DNA of 64,000 bases from the NCBI RefSeq assembly GCF_009914755.1, contig NC_060927.1; one strand, written 5' to 3'. Shown here one piece after another: positions 45,436-58,337 of the stretch (position 1 is the first letter of the stretch; each line of letters starts with the position of its first letter). Below the pieces are notes generated by a model. That model had not been told where the DNA came from and did no database searches. It saw nothing but the letters and a program-made list of their open reading frames with translations. A program made the position numbers and the translations under genes. This stretch comes from the human T2T-CHM13v2.0 reference genome, Homo sapiens.

Positions 45436-46225
45436 GGCATAGAGAAAAGTATGAACGGATATACACTAGGTTATTATAATACATAGGTTATGGGGAAGGG
45501 GAGTCTTACAAAAAAAAAAGAAGGAAAAATTGCACTAAAACCCCTCACATTTCAGACTTCTATATTCAGTTGTCCATACCACATTTGAAAAGTTTTAATA
45601 CTTTATAAACTGAATTCCTGAGTTTGCCTGCCTCCTCTAATCAAACCTGCAGCACCCCCACCCCCCAGTCTGATTCCTGTTTCGTTCTACATGACCTGTT
45701 TTCTTCCTGCTGGAAGACTTTGGAATCTTTCCTTTATGCCAGGTGCTCTGGAATCTCCCCACCACTTCTCCTGCTATGGGTCTTGCCCCATTTATTGTAT
45801 TGGGTACTTGATAGGCACTTAAATCCTTAGGTTCTGGAATCTGACAGCCTCACTTTGGGGCTCTGTTAGGGAGATGTGGCCGAGGAGGAGCCCGAGGGGC
45901 AGCTCTTGCCCCTTCCTGGGGAAAGGTGCACAGAAGGCTGATGAGGAGACCTGTGGCTTTCTCACCAATTGGCCCATATGAGTTCTTGCCACTGAGTCAC
46001 TCTCATTATCTCCACTTTTCTAGGGAGGAGGCCTCGCCACCATGCCCAGAGCAGCACAGTGAGTCAGAGATGAAGCTCTTGTCCCACCTGCCCCAACCCT
46101 CGAGCCCTGCTTCCCAGGTCCGCATTCCCAGGCAGCCTGCCACAGCCAGTGCCAGCGAGAGAGTGGATCAGGCTTCAGGATAGCCCAGCACTGAGGACAT
46201 CTAAAACAGTCTTCATTTATTTATT

Positions 46226-46533
46226 TATTGTTCATAGTGTCCAAAAGTTGGAATTAAAGTGAATGGCTGAATCAATTATGGTGCATTCATATTTAGGGAT
46301 GTTATGCATCTATTAAAAAGAATGAAATAGAGGTAAACCAGTGATTAATTTTAATTAGATATTTATGAATAATAAAAGCAAGATAAGGAAAAGTGTGTAT
46401 ATTATTTAGGTAAAACAGTGATTTAAAATCTATGTGTGTATATGTATGTTTTGTTAGTTTGAGTTCGCCAAAGATCAGTGAATCAGTGACCAAGATGAGG
46501 TTCCATTTGCAAGAGATTTATTGGAAAAGCTCC
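46226..46533 (+). repeat. About 310-bp local duplication, copy 2 (uninterrupted)
   Basis: Roughly 85% identity by eye to 44586-44627 plus 44950-45211. Confidence 0.92.
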
Positions 46534-46649
46534 AGGAAAAATGTGTGTATATGGATATTTTATTTCATCTAAAGTATATAGAATAAAATACCTTTAGATG
46601 GAATAAAATATCCATATTACTTTAAAATGTTTGGATTGAAATACAGTGA

Positions 46650-46988
<339 letters not shown>

Positions 46989-47085
46989 TTGGTTGCCCTT
47001 TTTTAGAGGCAACTGGTGCTAGTTTCTTGTGTATACTTCAAGAGATATTTTAATGCAAAAAAAAAAAAAAAGGTAGATAATCTTA

Positions 47086-47377
47086 TGGTCCACAATCCCT
47101 TATCTGGAAGCTTGGGGGCAGTTGTATTTTGGAGTTGGGAATTCAAGGAGTGTAGAAAGGTAGTATGTATATTCTATCACACTCCCAGCAGAGCCTGTGA
47201 TAAAATACACAAATATTTCTGCACCAAGTAAAATAAATAAAGCCATAATCTGCCTTAAGTCAGTTGAGTTCAGCCAGGTTTTGCTACCAAATGTGTTTGT
47301 GTTATTTATTTATTTTTTAATTGTGTTCTTTGGAGATTTTTGAATTTTATAATTGTGGATAAGGGAATGTGGACTTG
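47086..47377. mobile_element. Tigger-type MITE
   Basis: Terminal inverted repeats ggtccacaatcccttatc / gataagggaatgtggact. Confidence 0.65.
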
Positions 47378-47659
47378 TTTTTGTGCTACTCTCCTTATTT
47401 AAAAACTTATGGCGGCATTCTGCACCTACTGGATCAGACTAAAGAGCTCTTTCATTATTATTATTATTTTGTATCCCCATAGTATTGCATTATACACATG
47501 CACCATTGCCAGCTTAGCTTGTTCATGGACATTTGAATTGTTTCCAGTCTTCTCCTCAATGGCATCAGTGCTGCAATGAATAACATTGTGTACTCTTTAG
47601 CACATGTGCAAGCATATCTGTAGGATAAATTCCTGGTAGTGGAATTGCAAGGTCAATTA

Positions 47660-47895
47660 ATAATAATGATGGTTAACATCTGCATGGGTATTTACTAAGA
47701 GCTGGGAACTGTTGTAAGTGCTTTACAATAATTAAGGTATTTTAATCCTTGCAACAATCTCCTGAGGGAGATACTATTATCATTCCATTTTGCAGATGAG
47801 AAAAACTGAGGTACAGAGAAGGTAAAGGACTTGTAGAGCTGGAATTCAAACCGAGGTGTTCTGACTCCAGTCTGTGCGCTTAACCATTACATTCA
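47660..47895 (-). mobile_element. MIR within an old antisense L1 remnant (about 47400-48260)
   Basis: 'ccattttgcagatgagaaaaactgaggtacagagaaggtaaaggacttg'. Confidence 0.75.
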
Positions 47896-48659
47896 ACTGC
47901 CTTTTGAAGGTCATGGGAATTTGTAACTTAGAGAGACACTGCCAAATTGTCCTCTGCATGGCTTTACCAATTCACGTTCCCACCAGTAGCCTGTGAGCCT
48001 GCTTGTTTCCCCGCCAACGCTGCGCTGAATCAAACTTTTTGATCTTTGCCAATCTGATAGCCGAAAACGGTGTCTTACTTGAATTAAATGGTGTTTAACT
48101 TGAATTTCTTTTACTATGAGTCAGGTTGAGTGTCTTTTCACCTAAGGGTCTTTTGGACTTCCTTTCCATAAACTGTCCATTCATATCGTTTGCTCCTTTT
48201 TTTCAGTTTAGTTATATCTGTGACTTGTATTGAGCTTTTTATGTCTTAGGAAGATTAGCCTTTAGTGGTTCAAAAGGTACAGATCTTTGCCTAGCTAGTC
48301 ATTTATGTTTTGATTTTGCTGGTGATGGGTTTTGGACAGAGTGTTAGGAGGAGACAAACAAAAGAAGAGGACTTCAGTGTTAAGAATTGAAGGGAGGGAG
48401 AGGACAGAGTAGATCCCTGGAAAGAGGTGCCCTCTGCCTGCTGAGGCGGCAGGGAAAGAAGGTGATGGGGATAGTGAGGAGGGCTCCTTATGGGGACTGG
48501 CACAGAGGGTTCAAACATGCTATGTGTGGCCCACTGAGACTGGAGGCTGGGAGGAGGGAGGACTTCATGACAGACACGAGGATGCGTTGCTCAGCTGTGC
48601 TGCTCCAAGATGCGTCCAACAGAAGACACATTGCCCCAGTAAAAGACTGCCCAGCTGTG

Positions 48660-49017
<358 letters not shown>

Positions 49018-50843
49018 CTACAGGGTCTACTCAGCTTTTGGACCAAGTTTATGATTTTCTTTGGGTGTCCCTGTCCAATGACTGAGCAAGATGGTGGTAT
49101 GAGGGCCCAGCCATTCCATCGTTTCCACATTTCCAACACAGGAGTCCTCTAATGGGCTGTTTTTGTTTTAGTTCACTGGATGACTGGCAGAAAGTCAGGC
49201 CTGCAGGTCTGAGAACTCCACTCTTACTTTTGCCCCATTTCATTCCCAGGCGTTACCCTCACCCTCTTTAACCTTGCATTCCTAACCCTATCTCAACATC
49301 AGCTTCCTGGAAAACCCAAGCAGCCCAGACTCTGAAATTCTTTTGGTAAAAATTGGCATACATTTTTTTAAGTCGCTGATATATATTTCATATTGTCTGA
49401 GCCTAAAGATTTGCTTGTTTTCTATCTGGTGGTGACTATACATATCCTTTGGCTTGTACATAAGGTGAAAATGTTGGGCTGTGTGTGAAGGCAGCTGAGG
49501 TTGGCCCTCCCAGCAACTGGGGGGCTATCTGACCTCCGCTCAGAGCCTGGAGCAGTGGCATGGAGTGGCCAGTTAGCACTGGGTGGAAGCAAGTCTTGGG
49601 TAAGGTGTGTAGGAGCACCTTCAATGCCAGCCCCAGGCCTGAGAACACACCACACAGGGAACGGGGCATAGAAGCATCTTCTTCGGCAACCGCAGGTGGA
49701 CCTGATAGTGGCTGGGCCACATCTCCCAGCCCTTTTCTGCCTGGCCCTTTCTCCCCACCGCTGCTCTAGTGGCCTGACGGTGTCCTGCCCTCTGCATGTT
49801 GCCAGAGTGATCTGATCACACCACTTGTTAGTTGTAGGCTTTGGATGGTAAAACCTGGAATCTACCCCCTTGGCTCATGACTCAAGCCCATTTGTATACT
49901 GGCTCCTTCTCAGTCTCTTTTAACCATTCCTCCCTACACTCCACACTCACAAGACCTCTTGCCATTCTGAGAACCGGGGAGGGCTTTGTGTCCCTCTGTC
50001 CCCATCACTGCTGGTCTCACTGGCTGGAATACATTTTTGTTTCTCCTCACCCCTCAAGGCTCCTCAGTAGATATAAATGCATGTGTTTGGTTTGCCACAT
50101 TTAAGTTTCCTCAAGAGACTGTAGTAAATATTTGAAGTGCTTTTAATTAGAAAATACCTGTCATTGCCTACTGCCCTGTGGAACTACCACATCTTTGAAG
50201 ATGTTCAGTGCAGGGACTGGACCACCTGAGGATTGGGCTATATGGGTTATACATACCATCTTGGGAGACAGCCTGAGAGGCATTTCTTGGCCATTCTTCC
50301 TATACCATTCCTATCATATACATCTCTATCACCACAATCACTGATCACCAACAAAACCACTAATTTGAATCAGACATTCTTTCAACTCTCTTACCAAGAT
50401 TGCTTGAAATGTTGAAATGCACTAGGATGTAAGTCAGCCAGAAAACACTAATTGAGCATATAATGTGGGCAGTGAATTGTGGTAGGTGGTAGGTCAGCAG
50501 GTTGTGAGAAAGCATGATGGACAACATAGTACCTGCCCCCACAGGAATGGATTGCTCAAATGGACGGGCAAACACCTGTCAGCTGATGGCTATGTATGGC
50601 TATGCAGGTCCTCAGTGACAGGGGCCCTTGAAGAAAGGCACTCACTGCAGCTGGGGCAGCCATGGAGGGCTCCCATCAGGAGGTGGCAATGGAGATGGAT
50701 GTGGAGGAATGGCAGGGATTTGGAGAGACTAGAGTAGTGAAGAGGGCCTCTAGAGAGAAGGTAGCTTGATGAATCACTCAGGAAGAGCCCTACTTGTTTT
50801 GTTTGATGAGCCTGGGATGCATCAGATATCTCTTTAAAGCACT

Positions 50844-50985
50844 GGTTCTCAAGCATGGCTGAATATTTTAATTACCTGGAAATTTTAAAAATCAGAGACG
50901 CCTGGGTCCTACCTCCAAAGAGTTTGATTGGATTGTTGTGGGGTGTGGCATGGGCACTGGGACTTTGACAGCTTTCCAGGATGGT
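50844..50985. mobile_element. MER5A-like hAT MITE fragment
   Basis: 'cactggttctcaa...ttacctggaaattttaaaaa...cctgggtcctacctcc'. Confidence 0.6.
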
Positions 50986-51474
50986 CAGGTGGTGAGAGCA
51001 CTCTCCTGCCAGGCCTCCAGCTCACGCCTGTCAGGCTCTGACACTTCCCAGGTGTGCCTCTCACGCCCTCCTCCTGGGCTGGGGCCACCCCGGAAGGGGC
51101 GCTGGCCTCTCTTAAATCCCACTCATACACCTGGCCTCAGGTTCCCAGGAGGATTTCTCTGCCTGCTTTACATTCAAGCAGTTGCAAGGTAGTCCCCTGA
51201 GCCACAGGCTGCTTAGCTTTCCCTCTGCCTCAGTGCCCCTCTTCTGGCGCTTTCCTGGAGCTCCAAAGAAGCAGTGGATGAGTTCCGTGTGGTCCAGCTG
51301 TGGCCACTTCCAGAGGGCCTTGGGCTGAGCTTCCTGAGGGCACGTCTACACACACCCGCTGAGCAGGGGACCTGTGTGCTGGCCACAGAGGTGGCACCGG
51401 AAGGGGATTTTCTCTCGCTGCATTTCCTGGCATTGAGCAGCGCCTTTTGAGGTAGTCTCTGCTGAGTGGTCTCA

Positions 51475-51494
51475 GGAATGCCATTCCTCATTCC
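51475..51494. promoter_or_regulatory. Second triple TEAD motif cluster (intronic enhancer candidate)
   Basis: GGAATG 51475, CATTCC 51482, CATTCC 51489. Confidence 0.45.
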
Positions 51495-53774
51495 AGGGAA
51501 TTCTGTAGGTGGGGCTGCTGGTCACCAGCCAGTGTGTCTAATGGCGAACATGCACCAGTCACAGGTTTGAGCCCCCTCCCGGAGGCCACGACTCTGTTTC
51601 CTCTTCAGCAGTGCAGCAGGCATTCGATCGGCTGCAGGAAAGAGGACGAAGGGTTGACATGATTTTCTGGCAAGAAAGATTGCTCCACTCGGGGGTTTAC
51701 TGTCAAGGCAGGAGATAAAATGCCCTGGCTCTTGAGGCCTTTTCATTTAGTTATTAATTCAAAAACACCTTTAGGGATTTTGCTTTTAAATGATACATAT
51801 TCTTTATTTAAAAAATACAAACAGCAATGTACCCAGAAGAAATGGAAAACCACTGGCTAGAGAAAACTACTGTCATCAATGCTTTCTGGGCCTCTGAAGA
51901 AGCCCATTTCTGCTGGCACTGAGTGTGTGTTTCTCCGGGCAGGAGCTGGTATAACATGACCCTTGAAAGCACTCGCAGCCCTGGGCTTACATAAGTAATG
52001 TGATGACTCTCTCCACAGAGCCCCTCTAGAGATCCCACCACTCCGCCCTCTTGGAAAGAACATTCAGTGTCTCCCACACCAGAACCCATCCAAGGAGAGA
52101 GGATGCCGAGGTAGTGGCTCATCTTCCTTGGTCCCAGAGAGGCCTCGGAGCAGTCCTCTCTTGCTTCACAGCCCTCCAACTATGCTAAGAATGCGAACCA
52201 TTTCCCATGGGACTGGCAAAGCCATGAAGCAATTCTGAGCCCAACCTCCCCAAATATCTGCTTTGCAAACAGATAAAACAGAGAAGTATCCTGAAAATGT
52301 GCTGTTGGGCCATTCACCTTAGGCGGTTGTGGTGTCTGCTTGCCTGCCAGGAGGGTTTCTGCTTCCACAGTCCAGCCTGGAGCTGCTGGGGAGCCAGTTT
52401 GGGATGTGGCCATGTTCCCTGAGGGGCAAAACACAGAAAACTCTCCGGAAGGGGCTTCTCAAGGAAATGGGGACCAAGCAAGGCTGTGGGCTCTTTTCAG
52501 GGATCCGGCTCCCATCCCAGTGCTGGACTCATTGCTGACCAGTCCTTGGGGTCACCTGGGTGCCCTTTGGCTCCTGAGATGTCTGGGCATGGGGCTGCCT
52601 TCACCAGCTGCAAGAGCCCAAACCCACCTCAACCAGCCTTTGGCATCTCCAGTCTGCACCAGCTGCAATTTTGTGGCCCGGGTGGGTGAAGGCAGTGGCA
52701 GGGGAGTCCATGCCAAGCCTGGCAGTGGGAAGGAAGAGGAAGAGGAAGAGGACTTAACTTTCTCAGCAGCTTCAGCCTTCTGAGAAACTCTAGAATGCCT
52801 TGCTGCACTATGGCAGGCATAACCAGGTCCCGGTGACCTACATAACCTTCCAGACATGGGGCAAGTGGGAGCCCTGATTCATGTCAGGGGAGCCTGACAG
52901 AGGAAGGGTGGGGGCAGGGAGGATTTACAATCCTGAGACGGTGAAACCACCTAAATATTTAGTGATGACTAAGTGAGTCACCGCATGTCCACAGGGTGGA
53001 ATATTATGTAAAAGTGATTATTATAATAATAAAGACTATTTAGCAATATTGCAAGTGTTTATGATATAATATTAAGCGAACAAAAGGAAGATACATACCT
53101 TTACGGCACCTGAACAAGAGAAGATTGGAAGGGGATTTTAAAAAATAACAGTTGCTCTGCTACAGTGGTGTGATTAGGGACCTTATTCTTGGAAAAGAAA
53201 GCAGCAGCTTTACAGTCAGACAGATCTGGACTAGTAGCTTAGATCTATTTCTTACTTACTAGAAACGATCTTGACAGGTGGCTTAAATGCGATTGGTTTT
53301 CCATCTGTAAAATGGGTACAGTAATTCCTGCTTTACAAAATTCTTGTGAAGATGAATCTGATTGTGCATCTCCTCCCTTCTTGCCTTCCTTTCTTCCTCC
53401 TCTCTCTCTCTACATATTTTCACTAATACTGCACAATCCAGTTGCCCACAAAGGATCCCACAGCTGAGTCATCCTTGGGTCTGCTGAAATCTCTTTTGCT
53501 TTAGGGAAGGTGCCTTTGCCTGTTTCTGCCCTAAGCGGAGCTGTGGATGAGGAGGGGCGCTAATGATGAAACAGTCCGGGTGGGCTTGGCAGGGGGAGGC
53601 TGGGCTGGTCCTCACTCTCAGAGCAGCCACAGTGCTGTGCGTTGCCAGCCCAAGCAAAGTCACAAGAGCCTTGAAGGTAGAAGCAGGAGTAAGGGAGCCT
53701 GCCTGGCAGATACCACACTGAGCAGAGCCCGCTCCTGTCTCTGCTTCCATGGCCTGACTCAAGCTCTCTTTTAA

Positions 53775-54090
53775 AAAATTTTATTTTTGTATTGACAAAT
53801 ACAAATCGTATATATTTATGGTAAACAACATTGTGTTTGGAAATATGTATACATCGTGGAATGGCCAAGTAGAGCTAATGAACATATGCCTTACCTTATA
53901 CTAATCATTGTGTTGTGGGGGAGGTGGCGGAGGGGAAACGTGTAAAATCTATTCTCAGCAATTTTCAAGTATACAAAACATTCTTATTGTAGTCACCATA
54001 GTGTACAATAGATCTCTTGAAGTTATTCCTCCTAACTGAATAACCAACATGTTATTTGTATAACATGTTGTATCTTTTGACCAACATGTT
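53775..54090 (-). mobile_element. L1MA-type 3' end (antisense)
   Basis: 'ctcagcaattttcaagtatacaa...agtcaccatagtgtacaatagatctcttgaa'. Confidence 0.8.
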
Positions 54091-54182
54091 CCCAATCCCT
54101 CCCAAATCAGACCCTCTTATCACTAGCAAGATCCATGGTTCCCCAGGCCTGAGTCACATGCCACTGGTGGGCAAAGACGTGA

Positions 54183-55105
<923 letters not shown>

Positions 55106-55949
55106 CCCACACTTTTCTTTTAAGAGTGTGGCATTTTTATGCATATATTAGGGAAAAAATGAAGTGGTGGCTATAATGGTACAATAGAAGCAACATAAAA
55201 TGGTTTAAAAATGAACTAGCATAAAGAGAAATACTATGTAAGAAATGGTTCGGGTGGTCCCTGATAGATCAGGAAGGAGCAGGGGAATGACTGAAGGGTG
55301 GGGTGCCTGTCCTATCCCCTTACATCCATCTTCTAACTCTGACCCAGCCTCAGTCTCTTCCAGAGTGTGCTCCTGTCCTCTTCCCACTATGGCCAGAGAG
55401 GTCTGCCTAGCAGGAAACCCTGACAGTTGCATCCTTCACTACAGGGCAGTCACCTTACGGAAAAGTTTAGGTCTTTCCTTGGGGAGGCCTCAAAAGCCTT
55501 CCGGGATGGACTCTGCCCATCTTTCCAGCTTCCCATTACCCTTGTCTCTTCCCATTTTAGATACCTGAACCCTGGACTTCCAAACTGAGCTTGATGGCTG
55601 GGCCTCTGAGTCTTACAGTGTTCTATCTCCTCTAACTGTGATGTCCTTTCTCCCTTGTTTATCTGAAGGACTCCTATTCAACCTTGATAGCGTTTTTAGG
55701 GGTCCTTTCCTCTGCGAAACTGTCTTGATCTCTTTGTAAAGGGTTAATCCCACCTTCCTCTCTATCTTGAATCACACATTTAATTGAATCATGCATTTAA
55801 TCATGCAACTCCCAAAGCCTCCTGTTTCCTTGTCTGTCTCCTTGCTGAGGTGGTCTCTGAGGGCCTGGCACATATCTAATTTAGTTCAGGATCCTGGATT
55901 CTTATACAGTAATTGGAATAGGACAAGTGCTCAGCACTAACGAAGATGC

Positions 55950-56135
55950 AATTGTTATAGCTATCGTTTATGAAGTGCTCTCTGTGCATTACCCATTCAA
56001 TCCTTACATCCACTCTAAGAGGAAGAAACTGTTGACACACTTCTTTTAGGCATGAGAAAACTGAGGCTCGGAGAGGGGAACTCATTTGCCAACAGTAGAT
56101 AAGTGGAGGAGCAGATTTGAACCCTAGCCTGACTT
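55950..56135 (-). mobile_element. MIR fragment
   Basis: 'atgagaaaactgaggctcggagagg...agatttgaaccc'. Confidence 0.65.
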
Positions 56136-57734
56136 TTGTCCTAGGCCCTCACCTGCTCATTTCCCACTCTCCTGAGTACAAAGTTGATTCCTCAGCGGGG
56201 TGTACAGGTGACCCCTCAGTGGGGTGTACAAGTGGGCCCTGGCCTCACTGAGGTCAGGGGACTCCCGGGCACCAGGTGCAGCAGTACCCTCATGCCCAGC
56301 TACAGAGCACCCGATCCTGGGGCTGCCCTTTCAAGGTTATGGTGTTGGAGAGGGGGCTGGGAAACAAGAGAAAGGAGAAAATAGAGTTGAGTCAGATGCC
56401 CTGTGGAATTTCTGGCCTTTATTGAATTCTGGGAAGAGAAAAAAAAAATGGCTGTGCTTATTCCAAGTATGTCAAGATCATAAGGAGCTCTTTACTGTTT
56501 ATATGCAAAACTTTCTGGCAGCCGGCACCTGCAAGCAAGAGGCCAGGAATCTGTGAGACCCAGGCACCCTAAGCTGGAGCCCCAGGCTCCACAGAGGGGC
56601 AGCTGGGCCAGGCAAAGTGAGAAGGGAAGGGGTGGACCAGACTGTCCTCAAAGCCCCTGCATGTCCTGCAGCAGAGTTCCATCCCTGATCCTGGAATGTG
56701 GGCGAGCCCTTCTTGCATGGAAAGGGAAGTGAACTGGCTGACTCCCTCTGTCCCTCTGGGCACCCCACTCCTTGGCTCTCCAGACTCATGAATACTTTTT
56801 TGGGGGAGGAGCACTGGGCTGTCTAGTAGTAGAGCCTCATTCCTCAGCAGCCCTCTCATCTGAGGAGAGGCCCTGCTGGCTCAGAGCTCTGCAGAAATAC
56901 ATTGAGTTGGTTTCAGAATCCCTGAATCCCCTATGCTACCCCTTGTTCAGGGCAGAAGTCAAAAAAGCAGAAGAGACCCAGATAATAGGTAATGGCATGT
57001 TTTGGGGGGATGGGGGTGGAAGGACAGTGATAACAACAGCTTCGGGCTTCAGGCTTCCCATTCCCATTCTCTCTGGAATGCTATTTATTTATGCAATCTC
57101 AGACGTCTGAGTTGAAAACTGAAAAAAGGCAGTCAATTAGCTCTGTCCGTCCATGAGTTTAAATGTCCATGAATTCAGTCAACAAACATTTGTTCATTCA
57201 TTAAATGTGTACCCTGGGGCTGGATACGATGCCAGGTGTTGAGTATTTGGAAATAGCTGAGAATGTCGAGACTGATGTTTCTCACTAGGGAGGGGGCACA
57301 CATGAGAATCACATACTCATGTGGGCCCCTCTCAGGACCCTCCTTCATCCAGCCTGATAATTAAGAGTTTTGGGAAGGGGCCTGGGTATGAGGATTTAGA
57401 AAACTCCCCAGCTGATAAGGATACGAAGCTCCGTTTCAGATACATGGACCAGATTGGAAGTCTATTCTTCCAAATGTACCTACAGTGCTATCTCTCTGGG
57501 GAGGTGTGGGCATAGTCTCCTGCTTGGATTCATTCATTCGTTCATTCATTCCAGTGGAATTTTTGAGTTCTTGCCAGGTGCCATGCCCTGTTCTAGGCAT
57601 TGGGTTGCAGACCCTGCCCTCCCGGGGCTCTCGCAAGACACCATTCCCATTCCCTGCAGCACTCCCGTTTCATTCTCATAAAAGTCCAAGGCCTTACAGT
57701 GAGCCAGTGACCAGGCTGGTACCCGCCCGACCTC

Positions 57735-57838
57735 CTCTCCCCCTACTCCCTTCTGCCCTGCTCTCCCCCTACTCCCTTCTGCCCTGCTCTCCCCCTACTC
57801 CCTTCTGCCCTGCTCTCCCCCTACTCCCTTCTGCCCTG
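57735..57838. repeat. 26-bp minisatellite x4 (ctctccccctactcccttctgccctg)
   Basis: Four perfect copies. Confidence 0.97.
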
Positions 57839-57983
57839 CTCCAGCTGCCTGGCTCCTGCCTGTTCCTCCCACAGGCCTCTGCTAGTTGCTCCTTCTGGAA
57901 TGCTCCCCACAGAGGTTGCCCCTGCTCACTCAGTTGAGAGCTACAACCTCCCGACTCCCCAGCAATGCTTTACTTGTTCTTAG

Positions 57984-58337
<354 letters not shown>

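Noticed and set aside
56190-56237. 24-bp tandem duplication (also a 15-bp one at about 42856 and short ones at about 11650 and 55770)
   Set aside because: Ordinary slippage duplications
57735-57838. CRISPR-like repeat array
   Set aside because: No spacers; eukaryotic tandem minisatellite
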